A stretch of DNA of 64,000 bases from Phycisphaeraceae bacterium (GTDB lineage: Bacteria; Planctomycetota; Phycisphaerae; Phycisphaerales; Zrk34). The position numbers were made by a program, and so were the translations under genes. Where the stretch lies: the NCBI GenBank assembly GCA_040905565.1, contig JBBDRF010000062.1, positions 1 to 64,000 on the forward strand, in the 5' to 3' direction. Positions 28,711 to 37,746 of this stretch are shown here, in pieces; position 1 is the first letter of the stretch, and the number at the start of each line of letters is the position of its first letter. Below the pieces are notes generated by a model that saw only the letters and a list, made by a program, of their open reading frames with translations, had not been told where the DNA came from and searched no databases.

Positions 28711-29145
28711 GTGATGATCGAGTCGCCAGTTGCCAATCCGTTCGTGTTGCCGATCACGGTGCGTGAGACGGAGATCGACCTGCAGGGCCATGCTTCGAAC
28801 GTGGCAATTCTGGGGTGGATGAACCGTGCAGCGTGGGAACATTCGAAGGCCATGGGCTGGGATATCCCGCAGTATCAGCAGTTGGCGGGCTGGTTCGTGG
28901 TGCGTCGGCATGAGATCGATTACCGCAGCCAGGCCATGCTCGGCGACGAACTGCTGGCCTACACCTGGCCGAGCGATCTGGCGAAGGCCACGGCCGAGCG
29001 ACGCCATCGCATTGTCCGCCCAGCCGACGGCAGGATCGTCGCGGAGGGGTTCAACGTCTGGGCGTTCGTCGATGCCGAGACCACACGTCCGAAGCGCATC
29101 CCGCCGGAACTTCGGGCGGCGTTCGATCCGGCACGCTTCCTCTAG
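28711..29145 (+). CDS. acyl-CoA thioesterase (hotdog fold)
   Basis: EIDLQGHASN and VVRRHEIDY motifs. Confidence 0.88.
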   Translation: MMIESPVANPFVLPITVRETEIDLQGHASNVAILGWMNRAAWEHSKAMGWDIPQYQQLAGWFVVRRHEIDYRSQAMLGDELLAYTWPSDLAKATAERRHRIVRPADGRIVAEGFNVWAFVDAETTRPKRIPPELRAAFDPARFL

Positions 29146-29766
29146 CTATCCCGCGAACCAGCTGTGCATGCGCGCACCCGGCGGCTGCTGCGTGATCAGC
29201 GTCCCCTCCGCTTCGAGCATCTCCCGCCACCGCTGCTCAATCTGCAACGGCGTGCCCAACGGCTCGGCCAACTGCACGAACACGCGGTAATGGCCGTGCT
29301 CGCTCGCCCAGAGGGCGCGGTAAAGCTTCGCCAGTTCCGCATCTTCACAGAGGTCGGCGAGCAGGGCGAAGCGTTCGCAGGAGCGCGCTTCGATCAAGGC
29401 GGACACCATCAAACGATCCACCAGTTCACGTGAACCGTCGCCGAGGCGCACCATCTTGCGAAGCCCGGCTGCGTAGGGGTTCTTGTGATGCTTGCTCAGC
29501 AGTGAGCCGCGACGATTGAGCAGGCGGACGACGGCCTGGAGATGCTCGACCTCATCCCGGGCGACGGCGGTCAGCGTCTGCGTCCACGTTTCGGGCGGCA
29601 CGGGGTCGGGCCAGCGCGGCAGGAGGTCGAGCGCGTTCGAAGCGGCTTTACGCTCGAGATGGCCGTGATCGTTGAGCAGTTCGAGGAGGTCGGCTGTGGC
29701 ATGAGCGACCCATGCTTCGGGCGTCTGCACGGTCAGGGGCAACTGTGTTTGCGTCGTGGATGTCAT
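29146..29766 (-). CDS. miaE: tRNA-(ms2io6A) hydroxylase, MiaE family
   Basis: LNDHGHLERKAA, EVEH, LIEARSCERF, SEHGH and RMHS di-iron motifs. Confidence 0.88.
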   Translation of the reverse strand: MTSTTQTQLPLTVQTPEAWVAHATADLLELLNDHGHLERKAASNALDLLPRWPDPVPPETWTQTLTAVARDEVEHLQAVVRLLNRRGSLLSKHHKNPYAAGLRKMVRLGDGSRELVDRLMVSALIEARSCERFALLADLCEDAELAKLYRALWASEHGHYRVFVQLAEPLGTPLQIEQRWREMLEAEGTLITQQPPGARMHSWFAG

Positions 29767-29851
29767 TGCGAAAGTTTACTCCGCCCCGCCGCCGAAGAGT
29801 GCTCCACGTCGACCACGCATCGCGCAAGGGTGGGGGGGCGGCCCGGCGATG

Positions 29852-29984
29852 AAAAACCCCGCTAGCGCACGTATGCCACTAACGGGGCGGAGGGGAGAAA
29901 GATGATTTGGTTGCGTCCCTAAAGCGTATCGATTGCGTGGCAATAAACTTGCGGCCACGCGCAATGTCGATACCCCGTCAGCAC
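29852..29984 (-). ncRNA. candidate sRNA or attenuator leader upstream of miaE
   Basis: promoter TTGACA-17-TACAAG (30019-29991), long 5' hairpin, CU-rich linker, intrinsic terminator. Confidence 0.55.
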
Positions 29985-30046
29985 ATTTCTCTTGTACCGG
30001 GGTAGAAACCCAATGTCAATTGCCTTTTTGCGAAACTCTGAAACGC

Positions 30047-30904
30047 TCAGGCAGTGGCGCGCGCGGCTTCGGCGAAGTTCGCCAGACCCTTGCGCATGTC
30101 GTCTGAGGGGCCCTGAGGATTAAGTTCGTACTCGTAGGAGATCGGTGCGTCGTAGCCGATTTCGCGGAGTGCCGAGCAGAAGGCTTTGAGGTCAAGCGCG
30201 CCTTCGCCGAGGATCGTTTCGGGCGGCTCGTTGCGGTGGATGCCGTCCTGATCTTTGAGGTGCATGCCGTGGAGGCGGTCCTTAAGTTTGTGGACCATCT
30301 CGATGGGGTTTTCGCCGGAGCGCATGTAGTGGCCGGTATCGGGGCAGAACCCGATGCGTTTGTCCCAGCGTTCGACGGCTTCGAGGGAGTCGTCGATCAT
30401 GTCGTAGCGGTGGTTGGGGCCGTGGTTGTGGATGCCGACCTTGATGTCGAATTCCTGCACGAGGTCGTGGAGGATGGGGAAGGAATCGGGGGCAGGGTCG
30501 CACGAGAGCAGCGGGATGCCGGCGAGCTTGGCGAAGGTGAAGAGGCGACGGTTGTGCGCGGCGTCGCCGCTGAAGCCGTGGACGCCGTGGATCGGCATGT
30601 TGAGACCGTGCGGGGAGAGCAGGGCCTTGACGGCTTTGATGCGGCTGGTGTCGTCGGTGACGCCGAAGTGGGCGCCGAAGAACTCGACATAGTGCAGGTC
30701 GAGGTCGGCCACGCGTTCGATGGTCTGCTCAAGGTTGAAGTTGCGGAAGGAGTAGCTCTGGACGCCCATCTTGAACCCGCCGTACTTTTCGGCGCTGGAC
30801 TCGAGGGTGTCGGCGTGGGTGCGTGCGGGGAAGCCGCCGATCCACGCGGTACCAGCAACGGCGGCACCGGCGATCATGAAGCTGCGACGGGAGACATTGT
30901 TCAT
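30047..30904 (-). CDS. Tat-exported sugar phosphate isomerase/epimerase (TIM barrel)
   Basis: SRRSF Tat motif; IHNHG, DTGH, HLKD and YEYE motifs. Confidence 0.88.
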   Translation of the reverse strand: MNNVSRRSFMIAGAAVAGTAWIGGFPARTHADTLESSAEKYGGFKMGVQSYSFRNFNLEQTIERVADLDLHYVEFFGAHFGVTDDTSRIKAVKALLSPHGLNMPIHGVHGFSGDAAHNRRLFTFAKLAGIPLLSCDPAPDSFPILHDLVQEFDIKVGIHNHGPNHRYDMIDDSLEAVERWDKRIGFCPDTGHYMRSGENPIEMVHKLKDRLHGMHLKDQDGIHRNEPPETILGEGALDLKAFCSALREIGYDAPISYEYELNPQGPSDDMRKGLANFAEAARATA

Positions 30905-31148
30905 GGCAGTCCTTTCATAGGCATGATGTATACCATTAAGAGTAACAGCTTGTTTCGTGCACGGCTACTGATTTTGCGCCGCGGCGTGGTTCTTACCAAG
31001 CGGTTGCCTTGGGGGTCCTCCCCCGGGCGGTGGTCGGGGTGGGGCCGATGCGTTTGGGGTGCGGTGCCTGCCTTCGAGGGCGAAATCCTGCGCTTAGCAT
31101 TTGGTTGGAGAGAAGGCTTCAGGAAACAGCTGGACGAAGGGAAAACCG

Positions 31149-32033
31149 ATGGCAACCGCGAATCGCTTGCACGCCGTCTGCGCCGCTGGATTGATCGCGA
31201 TCGTGGGCGCGACAGCATCATCCTCGCAGGCCGTTGAGCAGGATGACGATCACCGAAATATAGCACCGGATGCGGCCTCGTTCACGCCCGACCTGTGGGG
31301 CAACGGGGATCAGGACGAGGGGGCTTGGGGGAATGCGAAACTGTTTGATCCGTCGATCGGCTTCGACCTGCCGACGCGGGCCGAGCAGTACGCACGAAGC
31401 TGGGAGCAACTGACGAACATGCGTCGGTTCGTGCGCGACCTATATGGGCAACGGCTTCGTGCGAAACGACGTCAAGAGGACCTCCTCGAAACGTCGCCCG
31501 AGATGCAGGAAGCGCGGCAGGAAGTCCGGCAGGCTTACGAAGATGTGCAGCAACTGGAACGGGAGATTCGGCAGCAACTGCAGGATGAACCGCTGTACGC
31601 AAGCACCGCCGAACGTGCCCGCGAGTTGGCGGTCATGATTGAGATGGCGCATCGGCGTGAGGACGTGAGCCGGTACGACCTCATCGAATTGGCGGAACGG
31701 CAGCTGTACTACCGCGAACGACTTGCGGACCTGCGCCAGGAACTGGTGGATACTCAGGCTCTGGAGCAGGCGCGGCAGGAGTTGGCAGAAGCGGGCAATC
31801 GCCTTGAGGAACTTAAGGCCCAGGCGAGGCGCGCGGTGCAGCAGGCGGACGAGGTCGTCGAAGCACGCCAGGAGCATCAGCGTGCGAAGCGGGCGCTGGC
31901 GCATCTTGAGGCGGAGTATGCAGCGGCGCGGGCGGCTTACTGGGAAGCGGATTACCGACAGGTGGCGCAGAATCGCATCCGCCGTCTGCGGCCGGTCTAC
32001 GATCCGTACTGGGGGCGTGGTTGGTGGTGGTAA
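31149..32033 (+). CDS. secreted coiled-coil protein of unknown function
   Basis: signal peptide from MATANR; E/Q/R/A heptads; followed by a terminator. Confidence 0.75.
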   Translation: MATANRLHAVCAAGLIAIVGATASSSQAVEQDDDHRNIAPDAASFTPDLWGNGDQDEGAWGNAKLFDPSIGFDLPTRAEQYARSWEQLTNMRRFVRDLYGQRLRAKRRQEDLLETSPEMQEARQEVRQAYEDVQQLEREIRQQLQDEPLYASTAERARELAVMIEMAHRREDVSRYDLIELAERQLYYRERLADLRQELVDTQALEQARQELAEAGNRLEELKAQARRAVQQADEVVEARQEHQRAKRALAHLEAEYAAARAAYWEADYRQVAQNRIRRLRPVYDPYWGRGWWW

Positions 32034-32068
32034 TGCCAGCACCGTGACCTGCGGATCATCCCGACCCG

Positions 32069-32106
32069 ACCACCCGCCCGGCCACGCCGTCGCGCGGGTG
32101 GTTTTT
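32069..32106 (+). terminator. intrinsic terminator
   Basis: ACCACCCGC/GCGGGTGGT stem followed by TTTT. Confidence 0.65.
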
Positions 32107-32130
32107 ACAGTCAGAGTTGAAAGGGACCCC

Positions 32131-32499
32131 GTGCCGATTCTGCCGACGTGGCTACACGGAGCGCTGGATTATGGGTTGGCGTTTCTGCTCGTCATTTCGC
32201 CGTGGCTGCTGGCCTATGACGACATGGGAGCCGCGACGTGGAGCGCGGTCTTCCTGGGAATCATCGTCATCATCTACAGTCTTTGCACACGGTATGAGTG
32301 TGCGGTTTACCGGGTGATACCGATGGGTACGCATCTGGTGCTCGACGGGGCGGTAGGGCTGGCGCTGGTTGGTTCGCCGTGGGTGCTGGGCTTCGTCAGC
32401 GACACTTGGTTAGCGCACGTGATCTTCGGCGGGCTGTGGATCGTGGCGGCGGTGACGAGCCAGACGGTGCCCGTGCATTATCACCGCCGGCCTACGTGA
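32131..32499 (+). CDS. SPW-repeat membrane protein
   Basis: HGALDY...SPWLL and HLVLD...SPWVLGF repeats; GTG start after AAGGGA. Confidence 0.8.
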   Translation: MPILPTWLHGALDYGLAFLLVISPWLLAYDDMGAATWSAVFLGIIVIIYSLCTRYECAVYRVIPMGTHLVLDGAVGLALVGSPWVLGFVSDTWLAHVIFGGLWIVAAVTSQTVPVHYHRRPT

Positions 32500-32512
32500 C
32501 TCGGCGCGTGCC

Positions 32513-33700
32513 TCAGACGAGCATGAGGGCATTGCTGCCGGTCGGCAGGAAGTCGCGCCATTGCTCGATGAGCGTGAGATAGTGTTTGCCGACGTCTCGG
32601 ATGTTGCGATCGAGATCGTACAGGCCCACGGCGTTGACGCGGCCGTTCACCTCGCGGAGGGCGGTGTCCCAGTCAACCTGATCCGTCAGCGAGTACCAGG
32701 TGAAGCCGACGATCGGCACGCCGTCGCGCCGAAGCTGGACCATGTTGTTCCACTCTTTCCAGAGCCATTGCGTGGCGCCGTCGGATTCGTGGATGTTGGT
32801 TTCGGTGTGCATGATCGGCAGGTCGTAACGGGCGTAGTACTGGCGCGTGATGACGTAGTAGCCGAAGAACTCGCCGCTGCCGCAGGTCGTGCCGTCGGGC
32901 AGGAGCAGGTGCTCGTTGGTGACGTAGTAGTCGGTGCCGAGGATGCAGCGGAACTTGACGTTCTGCTTGTGAAAGAACTGATATTCCTCTTCGGTCATGC
33001 CGTTGGCGACGAGGAAGCGGTACATCTCGGCGGTGACGGGATGGCCGTAGACGAGGTCGAGCGGGAGGAAACGGCGTTCGTTAAGGAAGTCCGCTTCCGG
33101 GATCAGCCTGGGTTCAGAGGGGTGGGTGAACTCGCTGGATTCGCTCTGGATGAAGATCGCATCAGGCACGTGCTCAAGGATCGCATGCATGGCTAGCAGA
33201 TTCGCTCGGCTGAGGTTCAGCGTGGCGCGCACGAACGAAGCGTCGGTCGTCAGCTGTTCGTTCCACCATCCATACTTGGCGGAAAACAGCGCGGTGATGA
33301 GCACTTCGTTGATCGGCGTCCAGTAGCGGAACTCGGGGAACCGCTTGGCGAAAGCACCGGCGTACTCGGCGAAGTAGCGGGGGAAATCGGTGTTCTGGAA
33401 GTTGCCGAGCCAGTCGGGCAGGCCGAAGTGCAGCAGGTCGATGATGGGCACAATCTCGAGCCGTTTCATCTCGGCGAGGACGTCGGCGGTCCATTCGAAA
33501 TCGTACTTGCCCGGTGCGGGGAAGGTCTTGTAGAGGGCCGGTCCCCAGCGCAGGTAGTGCATCTTCATTTCGCGAACGAGCGCGAGGTCTTCGCGCCAGC
33601 GGCCGTAGTGGTCGCAGCGTTCCATTTGATCGACGCGGATTCCGTTGCCGATGGTCGGGTAGCTGTTCTCGATGCCCGTGGCGAACATGAAGCCGTGCAC
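32513..33700 (-). CDS. glycoside hydrolase family 1 protein
   Basis: FATGIENS, LLHFGLP, TPINE (acid/base) and HTETN (nucleophile); GTG start after AAGGGG. Confidence 0.88.
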   Translation of the reverse strand: MHGFMFATGIENSYPTIGNGIRVDQMERCDHYGRWREDLALVREMKMHYLRWGPALYKTFPAPGKYDFEWTADVLAEMKRLEIVPIIDLLHFGLPDWLGNFQNTDFPRYFAEYAGAFAKRFPEFRYWTPINEVLITALFSAKYGWWNEQLTTDASFVRATLNLSRANLLAMHAILEHVPDAIFIQSESSEFTHPSEPRLIPEADFLNERRFLPLDLVYGHPVTAEMYRFLVANGMTEEEYQFFHKQNVKFRCILGTDYYVTNEHLLLPDGTTCGSGEFFGYYVITRQYYARYDLPIMHTETNIHESDGATQWLWKEWNNMVQLRRDGVPIVGFTWYSLTDQVDWDTALREVNGRVNAVGLYDLDRNIRDVGKHYLTLIEQWRDFLPTGSNALMLV

Positions 33701-33749
33701 GAAGATGTCCCCTTTTTGCAGCGGTGAGTATTTCGGCGCACTGCTGACT

Positions 33750-33879
33750 ACGAGCCGCGACCGTGAGGGAGCGGTCCGACGTGCGACACGCGGCGCACGC
33801 CTCGACTCTCGCTCGCTCGCTTGCGCCACCGTTTGTCTTGCCTCGGCGCACAACCGCTCCCTTACGGTCGCGGCTCGTC
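33750..33879. repeat. REPIN-like pair (family A)
   Basis: ACGAGCCGCGACCGTGAGGGAGCGGT ... CGCACAACCGCTCCCTTACGGTCGCGGCTCGT. Confidence 0.85.
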
Positions 33880-33894
33880 GGCGACGCGATGCGA

Positions 33895-34098
33895 TTAGAG
33901 CGGGATCTGTTCGCCGCGCCACCAGCGCGGGCGGAAGGCGGCGAAGGGGTCGGGGGCGGGCTTGAGGTCCGGCACCTGCGCATGCGGCAGCCCGCCGGCG
34001 CGGTCACGCCAGTTGCGAGGGTCGGTCAGGCGTGGCGGCGCTTCACGTTCGAAGTCGGGCCGGGAGGGTTTGATTGGCTGCTTGATGGGGTGAATCAT
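33895..34098 (-). CDS. possible small Pro/Arg-rich protein
   Basis: AGGAG upstream of ATG (MIHPIK...); fills an otherwise empty gap. Confidence 0.35.
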   Translation of the reverse strand: MIHPIKQPIKPSRPDFEREAPPRLTDPRNWRDRAGGLPHAQVPDLKPAPDPFAAFRPRWWRGEQIPL

Positions 34099-34197
34099 AG
34101 AACGGTCGCTCCTGTTGGGTGATCGACGCGTCACCTTAGATTCACACCGCTGACCGCCCCATCATGGCGGACCCCCGTCAGGGGGTAAGCGTTACCC

Positions 34198-35904
34198 TTA
34201 CCTCAGCTCGGCGCTCACGGCTTCGATCAGCGGACGCAGGTTTGCTTCGGAGAAATCGAACTTTGCACCGGCGGTTTCGAAAAGCTCAGGCAGTGGCCTT
34301 GTGCCGCCGAGTGCGAACGCTTCGAGCAACTGGCTCAGCGTGCGCTCGGGGTCTTTGTGATAGTTCTGCCAGACCTGCATGGCCCCGATCTGGGCGATGC
34401 CGTACTCGATGTAATAGAACGGCACGTGGAACAGGTGGAGCTGCCGTTGCCACATCGCCGCCCGCGGTTCTTCCAGGCCGGTCCAGTCGATTTGGCTGCT
34501 GGAGAAGCGGTTGAGGATCTCCAGCCAGGCGGCGGTGCGCTGCTCGGCACTGTGCCCGGGGTGCGTGTAGAGCCAGTGCTGGAAGCCGTCGATCACGGCG
34601 ATCCATGTGAGCTTGCGGGCGATGCCTTCGAATTGCGTGTGCTTGGCGCGGGCAGCGTCTTCGGGGCTGTCATAGAAAACGTCGTAGTGATCGGCGGCGA
34701 TCAGCTCCATGCCCATCGAGGCGACTTCGCAGAACTCCAGCGGCGCATGGCGGACGAACAGATTCTCCATGTCACACGAGGCGAGGAAGTGGAACGCGTG
34801 CCCGCCTTCGTGGACGAGCGTTTCGACATCGCGCTGCAGCCCCGCTGCGTTCATGAAGATGAACGGTTGTTTCGAGGCCTGCAGAGCAGCCTGAAAACCG
34901 CCGGGCCGTTTGCCCTTGCGGCTGTCCAGATCGAGGTTGTTGTTCTCGGCGAGCGTGGCGAACTGCCGACCGAGTTCCGGGCTGATGCGGTCGAAGATGG
35001 TGCGGGTCTTCGCGACGAACGTGTCGATATCCGCGGGGTCGAACGGCTTGAGCGGGGGCTTGTTGTCGGGATCGACGCCGCTGTCCCAGGGCCGAAGCAC
35101 GTCGAGGTTCAGCTTCTTTTTGCGCTCGACATCGAGCTGCTCCACGAGCGGCATGCAGACCGCGGCCACGCCGTCGGCGAAGGTCTGGCAATGCTCGGGC
35201 GTGTAGTCAAAACGGTGACGCGATTCCCAGGTATAGTCGCGGAAATTGTCGAACCCCGCGTTCTCGGCGATGCGGTGACGCAGGTCGAGCATCTTCTCGA
35301 AGATGGCGTCGACCTTCTCACGCGCAGCCATGCGGCGATCGGTACTCAGCTGCCAGGCCTGCTGGCGCGTGTCGCGGTCGGTGTCCTCCAGGAACTTGCC
35401 CATCTGCTGAAGCGTGTACGTTTCGCCTTTGAATTCGACCTCCATCGCGCCCATCGTCTTGTCGTATTCGCTGTTGAGCTCGGTCAGCTGCGTCTCCAGC
35501 GGAACGTTGGCGGTGCGGAAGGTTTCGACGTCGGCCAACCATTCCTTGTGCATGATGGCCAGGCCGGGGTCGGCGTCGACCTGCTTCAGGGCGGGGCTGG
35601 CGAGGTAGTGCTTTTGAAGCTCGAAGAACAGCGGGCTCAGTTGCGGCTGCAGGTCGCGCACCCAGTGGAGGTAGGCCTGTTCGATGTCGCCGTCGTTGGT
35701 GTGGCAGGCGTAGTCGATGTTGCGGCGGGAGCCGAACTCGTGGATGACGGAGAAGAAGTCGGACGCGTCGACGATCCACTGCTGCAGTTGCTCGGGCGTG
35801 TCGAGTGGTCGCTTGAGCAGGTCTTCGCCGAGCGGTTCGATGTTGGCGTAGCTGGAGGGATCGAAATCGGAAGGGACGAATGACTGGCCGGCGATCTGAG
35901 ACAT
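34198..35904 (-). CDS. M3-family oligoendopeptidase
   Basis: RKGKRPGG, HEGGH zinc motif, EVASM and PFYYIEY motifs. Confidence 0.93.
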   Translation of the reverse strand: MSQIAGQSFVPSDFDPSSYANIEPLGEDLLKRPLDTPEQLQQWIVDASDFFSVIHEFGSRRNIDYACHTNDGDIEQAYLHWVRDLQPQLSPLFFELQKHYLASPALKQVDADPGLAIMHKEWLADVETFRTANVPLETQLTELNSEYDKTMGAMEVEFKGETYTLQQMGKFLEDTDRDTRQQAWQLSTDRRMAAREKVDAIFEKMLDLRHRIAENAGFDNFRDYTWESRHRFDYTPEHCQTFADGVAAVCMPLVEQLDVERKKKLNLDVLRPWDSGVDPDNKPPLKPFDPADIDTFVAKTRTIFDRISPELGRQFATLAENNNLDLDSRKGKRPGGFQAALQASKQPFIFMNAAGLQRDVETLVHEGGHAFHFLASCDMENLFVRHAPLEFCEVASMGMELIAADHYDVFYDSPEDAARAKHTQFEGIARKLTWIAVIDGFQHWLYTHPGHSAEQRTAAWLEILNRFSSSQIDWTGLEEPRAAMWQRQLHLFHVPFYYIEYGIAQIGAMQVWQNYHKDPERTLSQLLEAFALGGTRPLPELFETAGAKFDFSEANLRPLIEAVSAELR

Positions 35905-35993
35905 GGGGAAATCCTCGAGGTTTTGAAATGCAGAGGCTGAGTATAGCGCCTTGGCGGGCTTTGGGCAGGGAGAAGTCGGCCGAGCCGCGGGGG

Positions 35994-36455
35994 CTATGTG
36001 GGGCGTTCGCCGAGGGGGGCGTTCGGGGCGTTCAGTGTTCGGCGAATTTGCTCGGCCACCTCGCGGCGATGGGCATCGGAGTCGTAGGCGTTGCGGGGCC
36101 AGAAGAAACCGCGCAGGCCGTCGCCTCGGTTTCGAGGGACGACGTGGACGTGCAGATGCGGCACCGATTGCGAGACGACATTGTTGATCGCCACGAAGGT
36201 GCCTTGCGCTTTGAGCGCTCTCTGCACGGTTCGGGCGAGCAGCTTGGCGGCTGTGAAGATCGGACCGATGCGACCGTCGGGCAGGTCGGCGAGCGTCGCA
36301 AAATGGTCGCGGGGGATGATCAGCACGTGGCCTGGGAACAGGGGCTTGCGATCGAGAAAAGCGACCACGTGTTCTGCTTCGTAGACCACGTCGGCGTCCG
36401 CTTCGCCCTGCGCAATGGCGCAGAACGCACAGCCTGTCTCAATCAGATGTTTCAC
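35994..36455 (-). CDS. HIT family protein
   Basis: CAFC, GHVLIIP and QSVPHLHVHVVPR motifs. Confidence 0.92.
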   Translation of the reverse strand: MKHLIETGCAFCAIAQGEADADVVYEAEHVVAFLDRKPLFPGHVLIIPRDHFATLADLPDGRIGPIFTAAKLLARTVQRALKAQGTFVAINNVVSQSVPHLHVHVVPRNRGDGLRGFFWPRNAYDSDAHRREVAEQIRRTLNAPNAPLGERPT

Positions 36456-36566
36456 CGCATTTGCCTCAGCCGCATGCTATCGCGCGGCGGCGACAACGGC
36501 GACCGACCGGCGAGGCGTAGCGTCGCGGCCAGAGGCGCGCGGTTACAATGTTGCTGGAGGTGGACC

Positions 36567-37298
36567 GTGCGTATTCCTGTTCTGCGAGGCGTGATCGATC
36601 GGCGTATTCTGGCAAACTATCGCGTGGCTCCCGAAGCCGTGGCGAAGATGCTGCCCGATCCGCTGGAGCCCAAGTGCGTGGGCGACTGGGCGATGGCGGG
36701 CATTTGCCTGATCCGGCTGAAGAGCCTGCGGCCGAAGGCGCTGCCGATGACGTGGGGGATGCGTTCGGAGAATGCCGCCCACCGCTTCGCCGTGACGTGG
36801 CGTGAGGACGGCGTCCGCAGGGAAGGCGTTTACGTGCGCCGGCGTGATACGGACTCACGGTTGAACGCACTGGCGGGCGGGCGGCTGTTTCCCGGCGTGC
36901 AACATCATGCTCATTTCGATGTCGCCGAGCGCGACGATGCGGTGGACGTGGCGATGAAAAGCGATGACGGAGCGGTGCGGTTGCGCGTGACCGGTCGCAT
37001 GACGCAGGCCTGGCCGAGCGATTCGCTGTTTGCGACGGTGGAGGAAGCGTCTCGGTTCTTTGAGCAGGGTTCGCTGGGCTTCTCGCCGGGGCGCGGGCAA
37101 CGGCTGGATGCGATGGAGTTGTGCTGCCACAATTGGGATGTGACGCCGTTGGAGGTGCAGCGGGCGGAGTCGAGTTTCTTCGACGACGGCGACACCTTCC
37201 CGCAGGGTAGCGTCTATTTCGACCACGCCCTGCTGATGCGAGGCATCAAGCACGAATGGCACACGCGCCAGGCCCTGTGCTGTACAATTGATGGGTGA
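36567..37298 (+). CDS. DUF2071-like protein
   Basis: GGAGG RBS then GTG; RRILANYRV, GICLIRL and SENAAHR pattern. Confidence 0.75.
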   Translation: MRIPVLRGVIDRRILANYRVAPEAVAKMLPDPLEPKCVGDWAMAGICLIRLKSLRPKALPMTWGMRSENAAHRFAVTWREDGVRREGVYVRRRDTDSRLNALAGGRLFPGVQHHAHFDVAERDDAVDVAMKSDDGAVRLRVTGRMTQAWPSDSLFATVEEASRFFEQGSLGFSPGRGQRLDAMELCCHNWDVTPLEVQRAESSFFDDGDTFPQGSVYFDHALLMRGIKHEWHTRQALCCTIDG

Positions 37299-37368
37299 CA
37301 AACGTGTGAGGGCCGGCATAAAGCGCCCTGTCGGCAGGAGAGGCAACAGTAGAAAGGGGTGGCGTTTT

Positions 37369-37710
37369 TTGAACTTTTCGCCTGCATTTGGATTGATCGC
37401 GACGCTGCTGGTGATTGCGATGATTTGCGTCGTCGGCCACGTGGCACCGCGGCCCGGGGCGCTTCGTTTTGAGGCACCCGAGCGGGCGGACAGGACGGTG
37501 GTGCGCATGAATGTCGTGAGCGTCACGAACGTGTCCGAGCATGTCGTCTCGCGCTGGCGGCTCATGCTCAAGTCTGAAGGTGAGACGAAGCGGGTGGACC
37601 TCGAAGGGCCGCATGAGCCGGGCTCGACGGTATGGCTGCCGATCGAAAACGCGGAGAGGTACGATCTGGTCCACGCGATCCCGCAATACGACCACACCGT
37701 GCGTTGGTGA
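37369..37710 (+). CDS. hypothetical protein with N-terminal TM helix
   Basis: hydrophobic N-terminus; start uncertain (37288 or TTG 37369). Confidence 0.5.
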   Translation: MNFSPAFGLIATLLVIAMICVVGHVAPRPGALRFEAPERADRTVVRMNVVSVTNVSEHVVSRWRLMLKSEGETKRVDLEGPHEPGSTVWLPIENAERYDLVHAIPQYDHTVRW

Positions 37711-37746
37711 ACACGCAACATTCAGAGCCGCGACGGGGGCTTCGGA

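Noticed and set aside
28581..29007. Poly-Phe and poly-Arg ORFs
   Set aside because: Translations of the TTC microsatellite
12374..33879. CRISPR array interpretation of the recurring ~30-bp repeats
   Set aside because: Repeats are dispersed and inverted, not tandem with regular spacers; no cas genes
33701..33922. N-terminal extension of the GH1 ORF
   Set aside because: Reads through a REPIN element; a good RBS and GTG start lie at 33700
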